Below, piece by piece: positions 48,717 through 57,349 of a stretch of DNA of 64,000 nt. The notes under the pieces were generated by a model, which searched no databases, was not told the DNA's origin, and saw nothing but the letters and a program-made list of their open reading frames with translations. Source of the DNA: an uncultured bacterium (GTDB lineage: Bacteria; Abyssobacteria; SURF-5); NCBI GenBank assembly GCA_964607485.1, contig CAZSKP010000009.1:79895-143894 (forward strand), read 5' to 3'. Position numbers and translations under genes: made by a program. Position 1 is the stretch's first letter; the number at the start of each line of letters is the position of its first letter.

Positions 48717-49445
48717 GTGAGGTCCTCATTGATGCTGAAAGTGCTGAAAGTTAATGCTGAAAATGGGTCGCCTCCCGACCAGAAGAGTCAGCTTGTGGAG
48801 GTTTGCATATTCATCTCTCTCATTCTGCCGTCTATGATTCTGTCTTTCTTCGTCGCAAAACAGGGGGATTTGAGCTTCGTGTTCGTCGCGGTTTCAACGA
48901 TTGTTCGCGATTTTTCTCTGGTCGCCCTTACCCTTTTCTTCCTATGGCGGAACGGCGAATCCCTGGCTTCCGTTGGATGGACCTCCGGGAACATCAGGAG
49001 AGAGGCCGCGCTGGGGATTGCGCTGTTTGTTCCTTTCTTTTGGGGAACCGGATTGCTCGAGAGTACGCTGGTCGCGGCAGGGTTCTCAACTCCATCCACA
49101 CCGATGCCTTCGTTCCTAGCCGTCAGGGGAGTCGCCGAGTCTGTGCTCGCCTTCGTCTTGATTGCGGTCGTGGCCGTGTGCGAAGAGACCATCTTTCGCG
49201 GGTACCTGATATTGCGGTTTAAGGCCGTCACCGGGTCGATGATTGCCGCGATTCTCCTCTCGTCGGCCATCTTCTCGCTCGGGCACGGCTACGAAGGGAC
49301 GGCCGGAGTGGTGACCGTCGGCGCTATGGGGGCGGTGTTCGCCATTGTCTATCTGTGGCGGGGGAGCCTGATTGCCCCCATGGTCATGCATTTCCTCCAG
49401 GATTTCACCGGCATCCTCCTCTTGCGAATGCTCGGTGTCAAATGA
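48717..49445 (+). CDS. CPBP (Abi/CAAX) intramembrane glutamic protease
   Basis: EETIFRGY, FSLGHGY, MVMHFLQD. Confidence 0.9.
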   Translation: MRSSLMLKVLKVNAENGSPPDQKSQLVEVCIFISLILPSMILSFFVAKQGDLSFVFVAVSTIVRDFSLVALTLFFLWRNGESLASVGWTSGNIRREAALGIALFVPFFWGTGLLESTLVAAGFSTPSTPMPSFLAVRGVAESVLAFVLIAVVAVCEETIFRGYLILRFKAVTGSMIAAILLSSAIFSLGHGYEGTAGVVTVGAMGAVFAIVYLWRGSLIAPMVMHFLQDFTGILLLRMLGVK

Positions 49446-49494
49446 AGCACTTGCCCTAACCCGCAATGTCGCAAACCGGTCAGAGGTAATTGTA

Positions 49495-50100
49495 TTGGAC
49501 CACATTGTCCTGAACCTGAAACCGTTCCTCAATCAGTACGGATACTGGGTCGTATTCGTCGCGATCTTTTTCGAAGATTTCGGCCTGCCGACGCCCGGCG
49601 AAAGCCTCTTGATAGCCGGAGCAGTCTTGGCATCGCAGGGAAACATGCATATCGTTCCGCTTCTGGTCACGGCGTGGATTGCCGCGGTGACCGGTGACAA
49701 CACAGGCTACCTGATCGGACGCTACGGCGGAAGAAGATTGGTAATCAGATATGGTCGCAACATGTTTATTAGTGAGAAGCGTCTCGAAACCACGGAGAGA
49801 TTCTTCCGAAGACACGGGGGAGGCGTTGTCGCGGTGGCACGATTCTTTGAAGGATTACGACAGCTCAACGGAATCGTCGCAGGTATCGCGCACATGCCAT
49901 GGTGGCGTTTTCTCTCCTACAACGCGCTCGGTGCGGCGCTATGGGTGGGCTTCTGGGGTATGCTATTCTATCAACTGGGGACGCGGGCGGATGTTGTTAC
50001 CTACATATTCAAGAGGCTCAACATTTTCCTCATTGCCGTGCTCGTGATTGTTGCTGCGGTCATTGTGCTGCGCTGGCTGATGAAACGAAATGAAGCCTGA
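49495..50100 (+). CDS. DedA-family membrane protein
   Basis: YGYW, EDFGLPTPGE, GDNTGYLIGRYGG, FFRRHG, ARFFEGLR, FLSYNALGAALW. Start is probably TTG 49495. Confidence 0.92.
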   Translation: MDHIVLNLKPFLNQYGYWVVFVAIFFEDFGLPTPGESLLIAGAVLASQGNMHIVPLLVTAWIAAVTGDNTGYLIGRYGGRRLVIRYGRNMFISEKRLETTERFFRRHGGGVVAVARFFEGLRQLNGIVAGIAHMPWWRFLSYNALGAALWVGFWGMLFYQLGTRADVVTYIFKRLNIFLIAVLVIVAAVIVLRWLMKRNEA

Positions 50101-50154
50101 ACACTAAAATCTCTGCACAGTTTTCCCTTTGCGCTTCTCACAGGATAAGAATGT

Positions 50155-50652
50155 CTATCGGGCGCCGGAGGTGTTTGATGTTCCGTCGAGACTGCGGATG
50201 TAGAGCACCAGATACCAGCGATGCTCCGGCGGCACCACGCGTTCAAGCACCGGCGCGTGGCCCGTGCCGCTCAGCATCGCGCGATAAAGCTCGCCGTCGG
50301 AAAGAGCCTGCACTTTCGGCAGCCTCAAATCGGTAGGGATGGGAACGTAGCTTTGGCCCACGGGGCCGTTGCCGTCGCCTTTTTCACCGTGGCAGAACAG
50401 GCAATAGTATTCGTAGTACGTCTTCCCCCATTCGTAATGTTCTTCCGACGTGCTCAAAGGATTCTTTGCTGTCTTCTGAGGCAGCTCCGGGGCCGGCTCG
50501 ACGGGTACCGCGCCGGCAGGGGGTGTGGGCATACGGGCTTGAAAGCTCTTGATGTTCGGTTGGATTCTCATGTGCGGTCCGGTGAAAAGGAGATACGCGA
50601 ACACGCATGCTCCAACCAACAGAAGCGGCGCTGCAATCTTTATCAGCTTCAC
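50155..50652 (-). CDS. actE: Monoheme cytochrome c, ActE-like
   Basis: M..QP...PPAGAVP, CLFCHG..GDGNG, SDGELY, RWYLVLYIRSL. Confidence 0.78.
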   Translation of the reverse strand: MKLIKIAAPLLLVGACVFAYLLFTGPHMRIQPNIKSFQARMPTPPAGAVPVEPAPELPQKTAKNPLSTSEEHYEWGKTYYEYYCLFCHGEKGDGNGPVGQSYVPIPTDLRLPKVQALSDGELYRAMLSGTGHAPVLERVVPPEHRWYLVLYIRSLDGTSNTSGAR

Positions 50653-50963
50653 TCTCGACCTCCGCTCTTGAGGAAATTCTCGGCTTTCGCGTCTCCGGTC
50701 ATTTCCTCCTTTTGTTTCCTCTCCGGCAACGGAGCGATCTGCAACGACGGCTCCTGTGTCGGAGGCGGGGGCGTGATGGTTGAATAGACGGACTTACCCG
50801 GCGTGTCCGGCAGCGTTCCGAAATCCCAGTAGGGCGTGGCGGTTTTCACAACGGTCATCAGCAACATGGCCCATGCGAGAATGGAGAGGCTGAAGATGAC
50901 AAGGATGACCCATCCCCAAAAAGTGCTGATTACTTTTTCTTCCTCGTATGACTTGGGTCGCAT
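50649..50963 (-). CDS. Hypothetical single-TM protein in the ACIII/oxidase operon
   Basis: One TM followed by WDFGTLPDTPGKS; translationally coupled to actE. Confidence 0.68.
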   Translation of the reverse strand: MRPKSYEEEKVISTFWGWVILVIFSLSILAWAMLLMTVVKTATPYWDFGTLPDTPGKSVYSTITPPPPTQEPSLQIAPLPERKQKEEMTGDAKAENFLKSGGRE

Positions 50964-50969
50964 CGAAAT

Positions 50970-51251
50970 TCACCAGTTCGGCGGATGATTGATCAGATAG
51001 ACGGTAAAGATTGCCCCATACACGATTACCGAAAGAAAAGCGAGAATGAGTATCCACGGCATGAACGTCTCTCTTTTCAGTGAGACTCTCCGTCCGCGGG
51101 AATCAGTCTGTGGCGCAGTCCCGTCGTCGCTCCTTTCCCGCCACATTGCCCAGTAGAAAAGAAACCATACGATCACCATTACGACCCCGCTGAAGAGAGC
51201 CAGAATCACCCATTGCTCGCGGAGAACGTCGAGCCTCAACACATCAATCAC
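50970..51251 (-). CDS. Hypothetical two-TM protein in the ACIII/oxidase operon
   Basis: Two TM segments, the second beginning ETFMPWIL; overlaps the upstream gene. Confidence 0.68.
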   Translation of the reverse strand: MIDVLRLDVLREQWVILALFSGVVMVIVWFLFYWAMWRERSDDGTAPQTDSRGRRVSLKRETFMPWILILAFLSVIVYGAIFTVYLINHPPNW

Positions 51252-51477
51252 CGTCCTTCGTAACGGAAGAGGAATCCTCGGAAGATTCTCCTCCTTGTTC
51301 CCGCAGGTCCGCTTCCTCGGGAATACCGCTCATCAGCGGGAGATACCGAGCGTAGTCCTGGTTAGAGAACTGTCCGGAGCGAGCGGCCCATATCAACAGC
51401 ACAAGCATGGCCACGAGAACAAGGCCTGTGAACGTCAGCCAAAAGAACAGAAACGTGGGTACGGTTGCCTGTGACAT
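51244..51477 (-). CDS. ccoS: CcoS/FixS-like cbb3 oxidase maturation protein
   Basis: One TM followed by LIWAARSGQF, matching the CcoS motif W(A/S)..SGQF. Confidence 0.72.
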   Translation of the reverse strand: MSQATVPTFLFFWLTFTGLVLVAMLVLLIWAARSGQFSNQDYARYLPLMSGIPEEADLREQGGESSEDSSSVTKDGD

Positions 51478-51482
51478 GGCTC

Positions 51483-52466
51483 CTACTTCTCTACCTTGGG
51501 CGGTTCAAACTGGTTCTTCCACAGAGGTTCGTACGCCGCATCGATCCCGCGGGGCGCAATGTTCGCATCGGTGTACCCGACAAAGGACACGGCCACGTAA
51601 TTGGAAACATCCCATATCTTTTCCGATTCAAGATGTTTCTTGAAGTACGGCATGGCGCTTCCCGTAATGCCGTTCATTATCTGGTAGTACAAGATGCCGC
51701 CGATATACTGATTGTCGACCAGATTCCGTCTCAGCGTCGTAAAATTTATCGGAGTCGGTTTGAGATATTTCGCGGCGGGACCCTGCCCGTCTCCCATCGG
51801 TCCGTGACAATTGATACAGAACTCCTGGTATATCTTTTCCCCTCGAAGAAGCGCCGGAGTCGTCGCGGGGTATGGGTTGGGCATGTTCAGCCATGCGTCG
51901 GGCACTTGCTCGTGTAACCACTTAATATTTTCATCCGGCCCTTTTTCGAATGCTTCCACTGCCAGCTTCTTCCAGTGTCTCTGCCGCTCCATGCGCTCGT
52001 CGGCGTCTTTCAGTCCTCGGGACTGGACAAATGCCGTTAACTTCTTGATGTCGTCCATGCCCAGGAATTCCCATGAGGGCATGATAGAAACAGGACTCGT
52101 GTACCGGGGATTGATGAAATGGGCGACGTGCCAATCGTCGGGATGCTCGCCCCCCGCCTGTGAGAGGTCGGGGCCGGTGCGTTCGGTGCCGAGAATGGCA
52201 GGTCTTTCGCCGACGTAATCCCCGCTGAGGGCGATGCGCTCGGCTCCCACTCCCCAGTCCATGATTCGAATATATTGAGAATGGCAGTAACTGCACCCGT
52301 TGCTCACAAAAAGCTTGTGCCCCGCTTCTTCTTCCGGCGTCAACTCTCTCCAGATTTCGGAAGGTTCTATCTTCATCGTCATTGCCGGCATGATGACCAT
52401 GATCGATATGGACGCCCAGAAAACCATCAGGCCGCCGATTATCAAAACTGCGGGCGTCATTTTCAT
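51483..52466 (-). CDS. ccoO: cbb3-type oxidase subunit II (CcoO) fused to a second cytochrome c domain
   Basis: GCSYCHSQYIR, LGTERTGPDL, WHVAHFINPR, SIMPSW; then NPYP...CINCHG...GSAMPYF. Confidence 0.85.
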   Translation of the reverse strand: MKMTPAVLIIGGLMVFWASISIMVIMPAMTMKIEPSEIWRELTPEEEAGHKLFVSNGCSYCHSQYIRIMDWGVGAERIALSGDYVGERPAILGTERTGPDLSQAGGEHPDDWHVAHFINPRYTSPVSIMPSWEFLGMDDIKKLTAFVQSRGLKDADERMERQRHWKKLAVEAFEKGPDENIKWLHEQVPDAWLNMPNPYPATTPALLRGEKIYQEFCINCHGPMGDGQGPAAKYLKPTPINFTTLRRNLVDNQYIGGILYYQIMNGITGSAMPYFKKHLESEKIWDVSNYVAVSFVGYTDANIAPRGIDAAYEPLWKNQFEPPKVEK

Positions 52467-53851
52467 GCGTATTGCTCCTCCTCCACCGCCGAGGGGTCAA
52501 AGGGTTCTCCAACCTTCACGGTCATAATCAGATTATAGAAACCCACGAAGGCGGAAGTGACAATGAACACGCCAAAAAGAGCGCGAAGTCCCATATAGAC
52601 GGCGATTTCGGGCAGCATTCGATAGACCGTTTCGCCGTTATACCATCCGTGCCCCTGGATCAGCCCGGCGGTCGTCAGGACAACGAAGAAACCTATGAGC
52701 CCCGTGGTGATCAGCCCAAATTGAAAAAAGACAAGTCTCGAAGAATAGAGCCTCCGCTTTGTAATCAAAGGCACAACGTGCCACAGCGTGCCGATTGCGA
52801 TGAAGCCGGCAAACCCAACCACGGCGATGTGCGCGTGCCCGACCGTCCAGTTGTTAAAGTGCGTCACGCGCTGAAGCTGTGGCAGCGACTGGGCGGGGCC
52901 CTGGATGCATGTCAACAGATACCAGATGGTTCCACCCATCACAAACAGACCGGAGGGACTTCGCCATATTTTGGCGGAATTTCCCCGCATCGTCAGCCAA
53001 AGGTTCAACAGCACGACGAGAACAGGCAAGCCCATGGCCACAGAGTCAATCACCGAGATCGCCTTCAGCCACCCGGGAATGGGCGACTGAAGCAGATGGT
53101 GACCGCCTATGTGAGAGTAAAACGCCACAAGCAACCAGAAGCCCAGCAGTGACATGGTGTGCGAATACAGGGGCGTCTTCGTGAGACGTGGAATCACATA
53201 ATATGCCGCCCCGACGGCCAATGGTGTGAGAAATAGGCCGGGCAAGTTGTGTCCATATGCCCACAGGAAGATGGAGTCGATGAAGCCCGAGGCGGCGCCC
53301 GTGCTCGGGTGCCACATCACGTTGCCTATCGGATAGAATCCCGACGTCCAGAAGAACATCGCCAGAAAATACCAGACGGAAACATAGAGCGTTTTTTCGC
53401 TCCTGTTCGAGAGGGTCATGAGCAAATTGAACAGCAGAAGCACCAAGGCCAGCATTATCAGGACGTCAAAGGGCCACAGGTATTCCGTATATTCGCGGCC
53501 CTGCGAATGTCCAAAGGAAAAGGTAAGCGGCCCGCTGAGCACGGCCGCATTCCAGAGAGCGAAGCTCACCCATCCTAGCGGCTCCGACCACAGGCGCGTC
53601 CTCAGCAGCGCGGGCATATAGTACAGTCCGCAACCGATGAGCGTGGTTCCGACGAAACCGAACAGAACCGTGTTCACATGTATCGGCCGCGTACGCCCGA
53701 ATACGAGCCACGGAATGTTGTTGAAGAATTCCGGGGCGACAAGATGAATCGCAGAGAAGAGGCCGTAAGTCGTGCCCACCATGAACCAGAACGACCCCGC
53801 GACGAGAAAGGCCAGCGCAACGCTCTGCGGCTTCTTCGTAAATGCAACCAT
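52463..53851 (-). CDS. ccoN: C-family (cbb3-like) heme-copper oxidase subunit I, divergent
   Basis: FGRTRPIHVN, GREYTE, YGHN, YSHIGGHHL, WTVGHAH; all six canonical His ligands are present. Confidence 0.88.
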   Translation of the reverse strand: MVAFTKKPQSVALAFLVAGSFWFMVGTTYGLFSAIHLVAPEFFNNIPWLVFGRTRPIHVNTVLFGFVGTTLIGCGLYYMPALLRTRLWSEPLGWVSFALWNAAVLSGPLTFSFGHSQGREYTEYLWPFDVLIMLALVLLLFNLLMTLSNRSEKTLYVSVWYFLAMFFWTSGFYPIGNVMWHPSTGAASGFIDSIFLWAYGHNLPGLFLTPLAVGAAYYVIPRLTKTPLYSHTMSLLGFWLLVAFYSHIGGHHLLQSPIPGWLKAISVIDSVAMGLPVLVVLLNLWLTMRGNSAKIWRSPSGLFVMGGTIWYLLTCIQGPAQSLPQLQRVTHFNNWTVGHAHIAVVGFAGFIAIGTLWHVVPLITKRRLYSSRLVFFQFGLITTGLIGFFVVLTTAGLIQGHGWYNGETVYRMLPEIAVYMGLRALFGVFIVTSAFVGFYNLIMTVKVGEPFDPSAVEEEQYA

Positions 53852-53869
53852 TTGAATGTTCCGATTCCT

Positions 53870-54388
53870 CTACCGGTGACAGATCAGGCAATCATGCGAG
53901 GCGTTCTCTTGTCTGTGACACTCCACGCAGAATCCCATCTTGAATGGATGTACCTGGACTATCCTGTCCATGTGTGCAACGTCTCCGTGGCATTTTCCAC
54001 AATCGTATCCGCTCCGAACGTGTACCTGATGGTTGAAGTACACAAAGTCGGGCAGGTTGTTGATCCTGACCCACTCGATGGGTTTTCGTTCCTGATAGTG
54101 GTCACGAACCTTGACGATCTCGGGATAATGGATTATGACGTGCTGGTGACAGAGCATGCACGTTTCCAAGGGTGGAATTCCTGCAACCTCCCTGCTGATT
54201 GCTCCCGGATGGCACATCAGACAGCTCAGCTTCTTTTCGGTCACGTGAAAGCGGTGACTGAACGGCACCGGCTGCGCCTTGCCGATTTGAGCGGGGAAGA
54301 CGAAGTTGTAGGCTATGGCCATGATCGCCAGCAAGACTACCGCAACGAGCGTGAGTCTGGCTGCCAGGCTCAGCTTTCGTCCGCTCAT
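53870..54388 (-). CDS. actA: Pentaheme cytochrome c, ACIII ActA
   Basis: TM anchor, QPVPFSH..H, five CxxCH (CLMCH, CMLCH, CGKCH, CVECH, CLICH), LPDFVYFNH..H. ATG 54388 overlaps the actF stop. Confidence 0.92.
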   Translation of the reverse strand: MSGRKLSLAARLTLVAVVLLAIMAIAYNFVFPAQIGKAQPVPFSHRFHVTEKKLSCLMCHPGAISREVAGIPPLETCMLCHQHVIIHYPEIVKVRDHYQERKPIEWVRINNLPDFVYFNHQVHVRSGYDCGKCHGDVAHMDRIVQVHPFKMGFCVECHRQENASHDCLICHR

Positions 54389-55491
54389 AAGGACTCTTCC
54401 TCTTGAGGAACTTCTATGGGAACGTGCCTCTTGAATATGACTACCGCCAGCGCCAGCGCCGCGACAAACGACGCAGTAAGCGAAATCTCCGTCAGGCCCA
54501 ACGCCAATTTTCCGTTGAGAGTGGGAGTTACGAGCCACCAGCGCTCCACCCACATTCCAACCAGGATGAGTATTGCTATGGCTCCCAGATATGTAGCCGA
54601 CCGCTTTGCCCTCCGCAAGAGCAGCAGTACGAGCGGCCCCAGGTACACGGTCGCCAGCAGGCCGAGACTGTTCCAGCGCCACGGCGCAAGCCGCAAACGG
54701 GGAATCACAAACCGCACTTCGTGAGGAAGATTCTCGTACCAAATGGGCAAAAGCTGGCAAAACATCATGTAAGTAGTCAGAAGACTGAACGCGACGATGA
54801 GCTTGCCCATATCATGCAGTTGATTCTTGTCGGCCCTCGGACGATGCATGAGTACCGCCAGAGTCCATGCCGCTGCGGCGATATACATCCCGGACACGAG
54901 GAAATAGCCGCCAAAGAGCGAACTATACCAATGCGGGTCGAGCGCCATGACGAGGTCAAAGGCCAGCAGGGAGAGCACAATACAGTACGCGAATATCAGA
55001 ACGCCTGCGAGCGTTCCCTTGGGTTTTCCCCTGCTCTTCCGAAAGACGAACCACGCGGCCAGCGCCCACAATATCAGAAGCCCCGCTCCGTCGCGACAGA
55101 AGATGAATGCGTTGCTGAGCCAGATGCCCTGGGACAGCGGTTCTTCGTGCATCCATGCCGCCCAATACGAGCGGCCGAACCATAGGACGATGAAACTCAG
55201 GATTGATACCGGCGCAAAGGCCACGCTGGCCAGCGCCAACGGCTCGAGGGATTTCGCCCATCGGCCGTTTGAGAGCATCACGACTGCCGGCCAAACCACC
55301 ATGCCTATCGTCAACGGAGTGAAGTACAGAAAGTTAATCAACAGGGCCCGCCAAGCCCGCGCCGGGTCCGAATACAGCATACAGATAATCCAACCGATCA
55401 AGCCAGCTGCCAGCACGACGGCCCAAATCGCCAACGCCGAACTATTCCGCCCCGCATTATTCGGTTCAGTACTATTCGATGACACGAACAT
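54385..55491 (-). CDS. actF: ACIII membrane subunit ActF
   Basis: About 10 TM; FDLVMALDPHWYSSLFG, LHDMGKL, YMMFCQLLPIWYENLP.E. Confidence 0.88.
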   Translation of the reverse strand: MFVSSNSTEPNNAGRNSSALAIWAVVLAAGLIGWIICMLYSDPARAWRALLINFLYFTPLTIGMVVWPAVVMLSNGRWAKSLEPLALASVAFAPVSILSFIVLWFGRSYWAAWMHEEPLSQGIWLSNAFIFCRDGAGLLILWALAAWFVFRKSRGKPKGTLAGVLIFAYCIVLSLLAFDLVMALDPHWYSSLFGGYFLVSGMYIAAAAWTLAVLMHRPRADKNQLHDMGKLIVAFSLLTTYMMFCQLLPIWYENLPHEVRFVIPRLRLAPWRWNSLGLLATVYLGPLVLLLLRRAKRSATYLGAIAILILVGMWVERWWLVTPTLNGKLALGLTEISLTASFVAALALAVVIFKRHVPIEVPQEEESL

Positions 55492-57349
55492 CCTCCGCGC
55501 CTGTGGAAGACAATAGACTTTTCACCGATTCAAACGAATCGGCATCACAGGACACAAATAAGCCAAATCGGTCGCGCGTGAATTCTGTCAGATACCACGG
55601 TGGCACCTTGGGAGACCCCATGTGCGAGTGCACGATCAGCCCGATAAAATTCGCGATGGTTCCCAGCAGGATGGTGCCCTCAAAACCGACGACGCAGTAC
55701 GGTATGATCGAGACCGGATGTTTGCCGCCCACGATAAGGCCGTTGACTTTCGCAGAAAGGATTGCCAGAGAAAAACCCCCTATCATACCGCTCAGGGCGC
55801 CCACCAGAGTCCAGAATCTGACGGGGCTTCGCCCGCGTCCCATCGCCGGTTCGGTATTAAGAAGCCGCATCGGCGAGTATGTTTCGATATGATGGAACGA
55901 AGCTTCCCTCATTTTCCGGACGGCCTCGGGAAGTTCCGCGGGTTTTGCGTAAACTGCGACCACGCCATGCCGGCTCTCTCGGACACTGGAAACCTGCCGT
56001 CCCTGCAGCTCGTCATCCGGCCGCTTTTCTTTTCGTTTCTGTATATCCTCCTTGACGTCGCTCAGGGGGATCGTAGGCAGGACTTTTGAAAAGACAAAGA
56101 ACCAGAAGAAGAAGAAGGCGAACGACCCGGCGGTGATGCTGATTTCGACCCAGGACGGAAAATAGCTGTCCCAATTGTGAGGCAGAAAATCGTGAGCCGT
56201 TGAACCGATGACGATAAACAAACGTTCGAGCCACATCCCGATGTTCACAAAAATCGATACGGCGAACAGCGCTACGAGGTTCCTTCGAACGCGCCGGAAC
56301 ACGAAGGTCAGCGGGATGAGAACGTTGAGCAGAGGCAATATCCAGTAGAGCCAGGCAATCCAGCCGGTCATTCGCCACAGCGAAAACTGCTGCTCGAAAA
56401 TATCCCCCGAATACCATGCGATAAAGGGCTCTATCACGTATGCATATCCGACGATGAGCGTGGTGACGAGCATGGTCTTGGCTACGGCCTCGAAGTGGTC
56501 GACGGTGATGAGCTTTTCCAAGCGGAATATTCGCCGCATCGGAATCAGCAATGTGAGCACCATTGCCAACCCGGAATGAATCGCCCCCGCGACGAAATAC
56601 GGCGCGAAGATGGTCGCATGCCAGCCGGGCAACAAGCCCATTGCGAAATCCCACGAGACCACTGAATGCACGGAGATCACGAGCGGCGTGGCCAGTGCTG
56701 CAAAGAAGAGGTATCCTCGCCCATGGTGCCTCCACTGGTTTCCGCTGCCCGACCAGCCGAGGGCAAGGATTCGATAAAGCTGTGAACGCGGGTGATTCGT
56801 GCCCAGCACCTCCACCGACCGGTCTCGCGCGGCGGCGACGTCGGGAATCAGCCCGACATAAAAGAAGATCGAGCTCACAGTGAAATAGGTGCTCACCGCC
56901 ACAACGTCCCAAACGAGCGGACTGATGAAGTTCGGCCAGAGCTGCCGCTGCGACGGATAGGGCAGAATGAAGTAGAACACCCACACCCGGCCAAGGTGAA
57001 CGAGCGGAAACAGGCCGGCGGTCATTACCGCAAAAATCGTCATCGCCTCGGAAGAACGCGAGACGGCGGTTCTCCAGCGGGAACGCACGAGGTAGAGGAT
57101 TGCGGAGATGAGCGTCCCGGAATGTGCGATTCCGACCCAGAACACGAAATTGCAGATGTAAGCGCCCCAGCCGACCGGATGGTTGATCCCGGCGACACCC
57201 ATTCCCGTCTTCACCTGGTACATCCAGCAGAATGCTCCCCAGCCGATGCCGAGAGACAGAAACATGACAACAAAGTAATAGAGCGTACTCGGAGGCCTGA
57301 GAGGGCCAAGCACATCGTCGTTAATCTCGCGATAGGATAGTGTTGTCAC
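55472..57349 (-). CDS. actC: ACIII ActC (NrfD family) fused to ActD (DUF3341)
   Basis: NFVFWVGIAHSGTLISAIL, HLGRVW, SPLVWDV, VISVHSVVS.DF, WHATIFAPYFVAGAI, GMWLER; then the ActD-like ETYSP...IVGGK...FEGTILLG...DRFGL. Confidence 0.9.
   Translation of the reverse strand: MTTLSYREINDDVLGPLRPPSTLYYFVVMFLSLGIGWGAFCWMYQVKTGMGVAGINHPVGWGAYICNFVFWVGIAHSGTLISAILYLVRSRWRTAVSRSSEAMTIFAVMTAGLFPLVHLGRVWVFYFILPYPSQRQLWPNFISPLVWDVVAVSTYFTVSSIFFYVGLIPDVAAARDRSVEVLGTNHPRSQLYRILALGWSGSGNQWRHHGRGYLFFAALATPLVISVHSVVSWDFAMGLLPGWHATIFAPYFVAGAIHSGLAMVLTLLIPMRRIFRLEKLITVDHFEAVAKTMLVTTLIVGYAYVIEPFIAWYSGDIFEQQFSLWRMTGWIAWLYWILPLLNVLIPLTFVFRRVRRNLVALFAVSIFVNIGMWLERLFIVIGSTAHDFLPHNWDSYFPSWVEISITAGSFAFFFFWFFVFSKVLPTIPLSDVKEDIQKRKEKRPDDELQGRQVSSVRESRHGVVAVYAKPAELPEAVRKMREASFHHIETYSPMRLLNTEPAMGRGRSPVRFWTLVGALSGMIGGFSLAILSAKVNGLIVGGKHPVSIIPYCVVGFEGTILLGTIANFIGLIVHSHMGSPKVPPWYLTEFTRDRFGLFVSCDADSFESVKSLLSSTGAEDVRVIE

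Noticed and set aside
52463-53851. CcoN-like protein as a nitric oxide reductase (NorB)
   Set aside because: It lacks the HLWVEG-type Glu and keeps the helix-VII Tyr of C-family O2 reductases.
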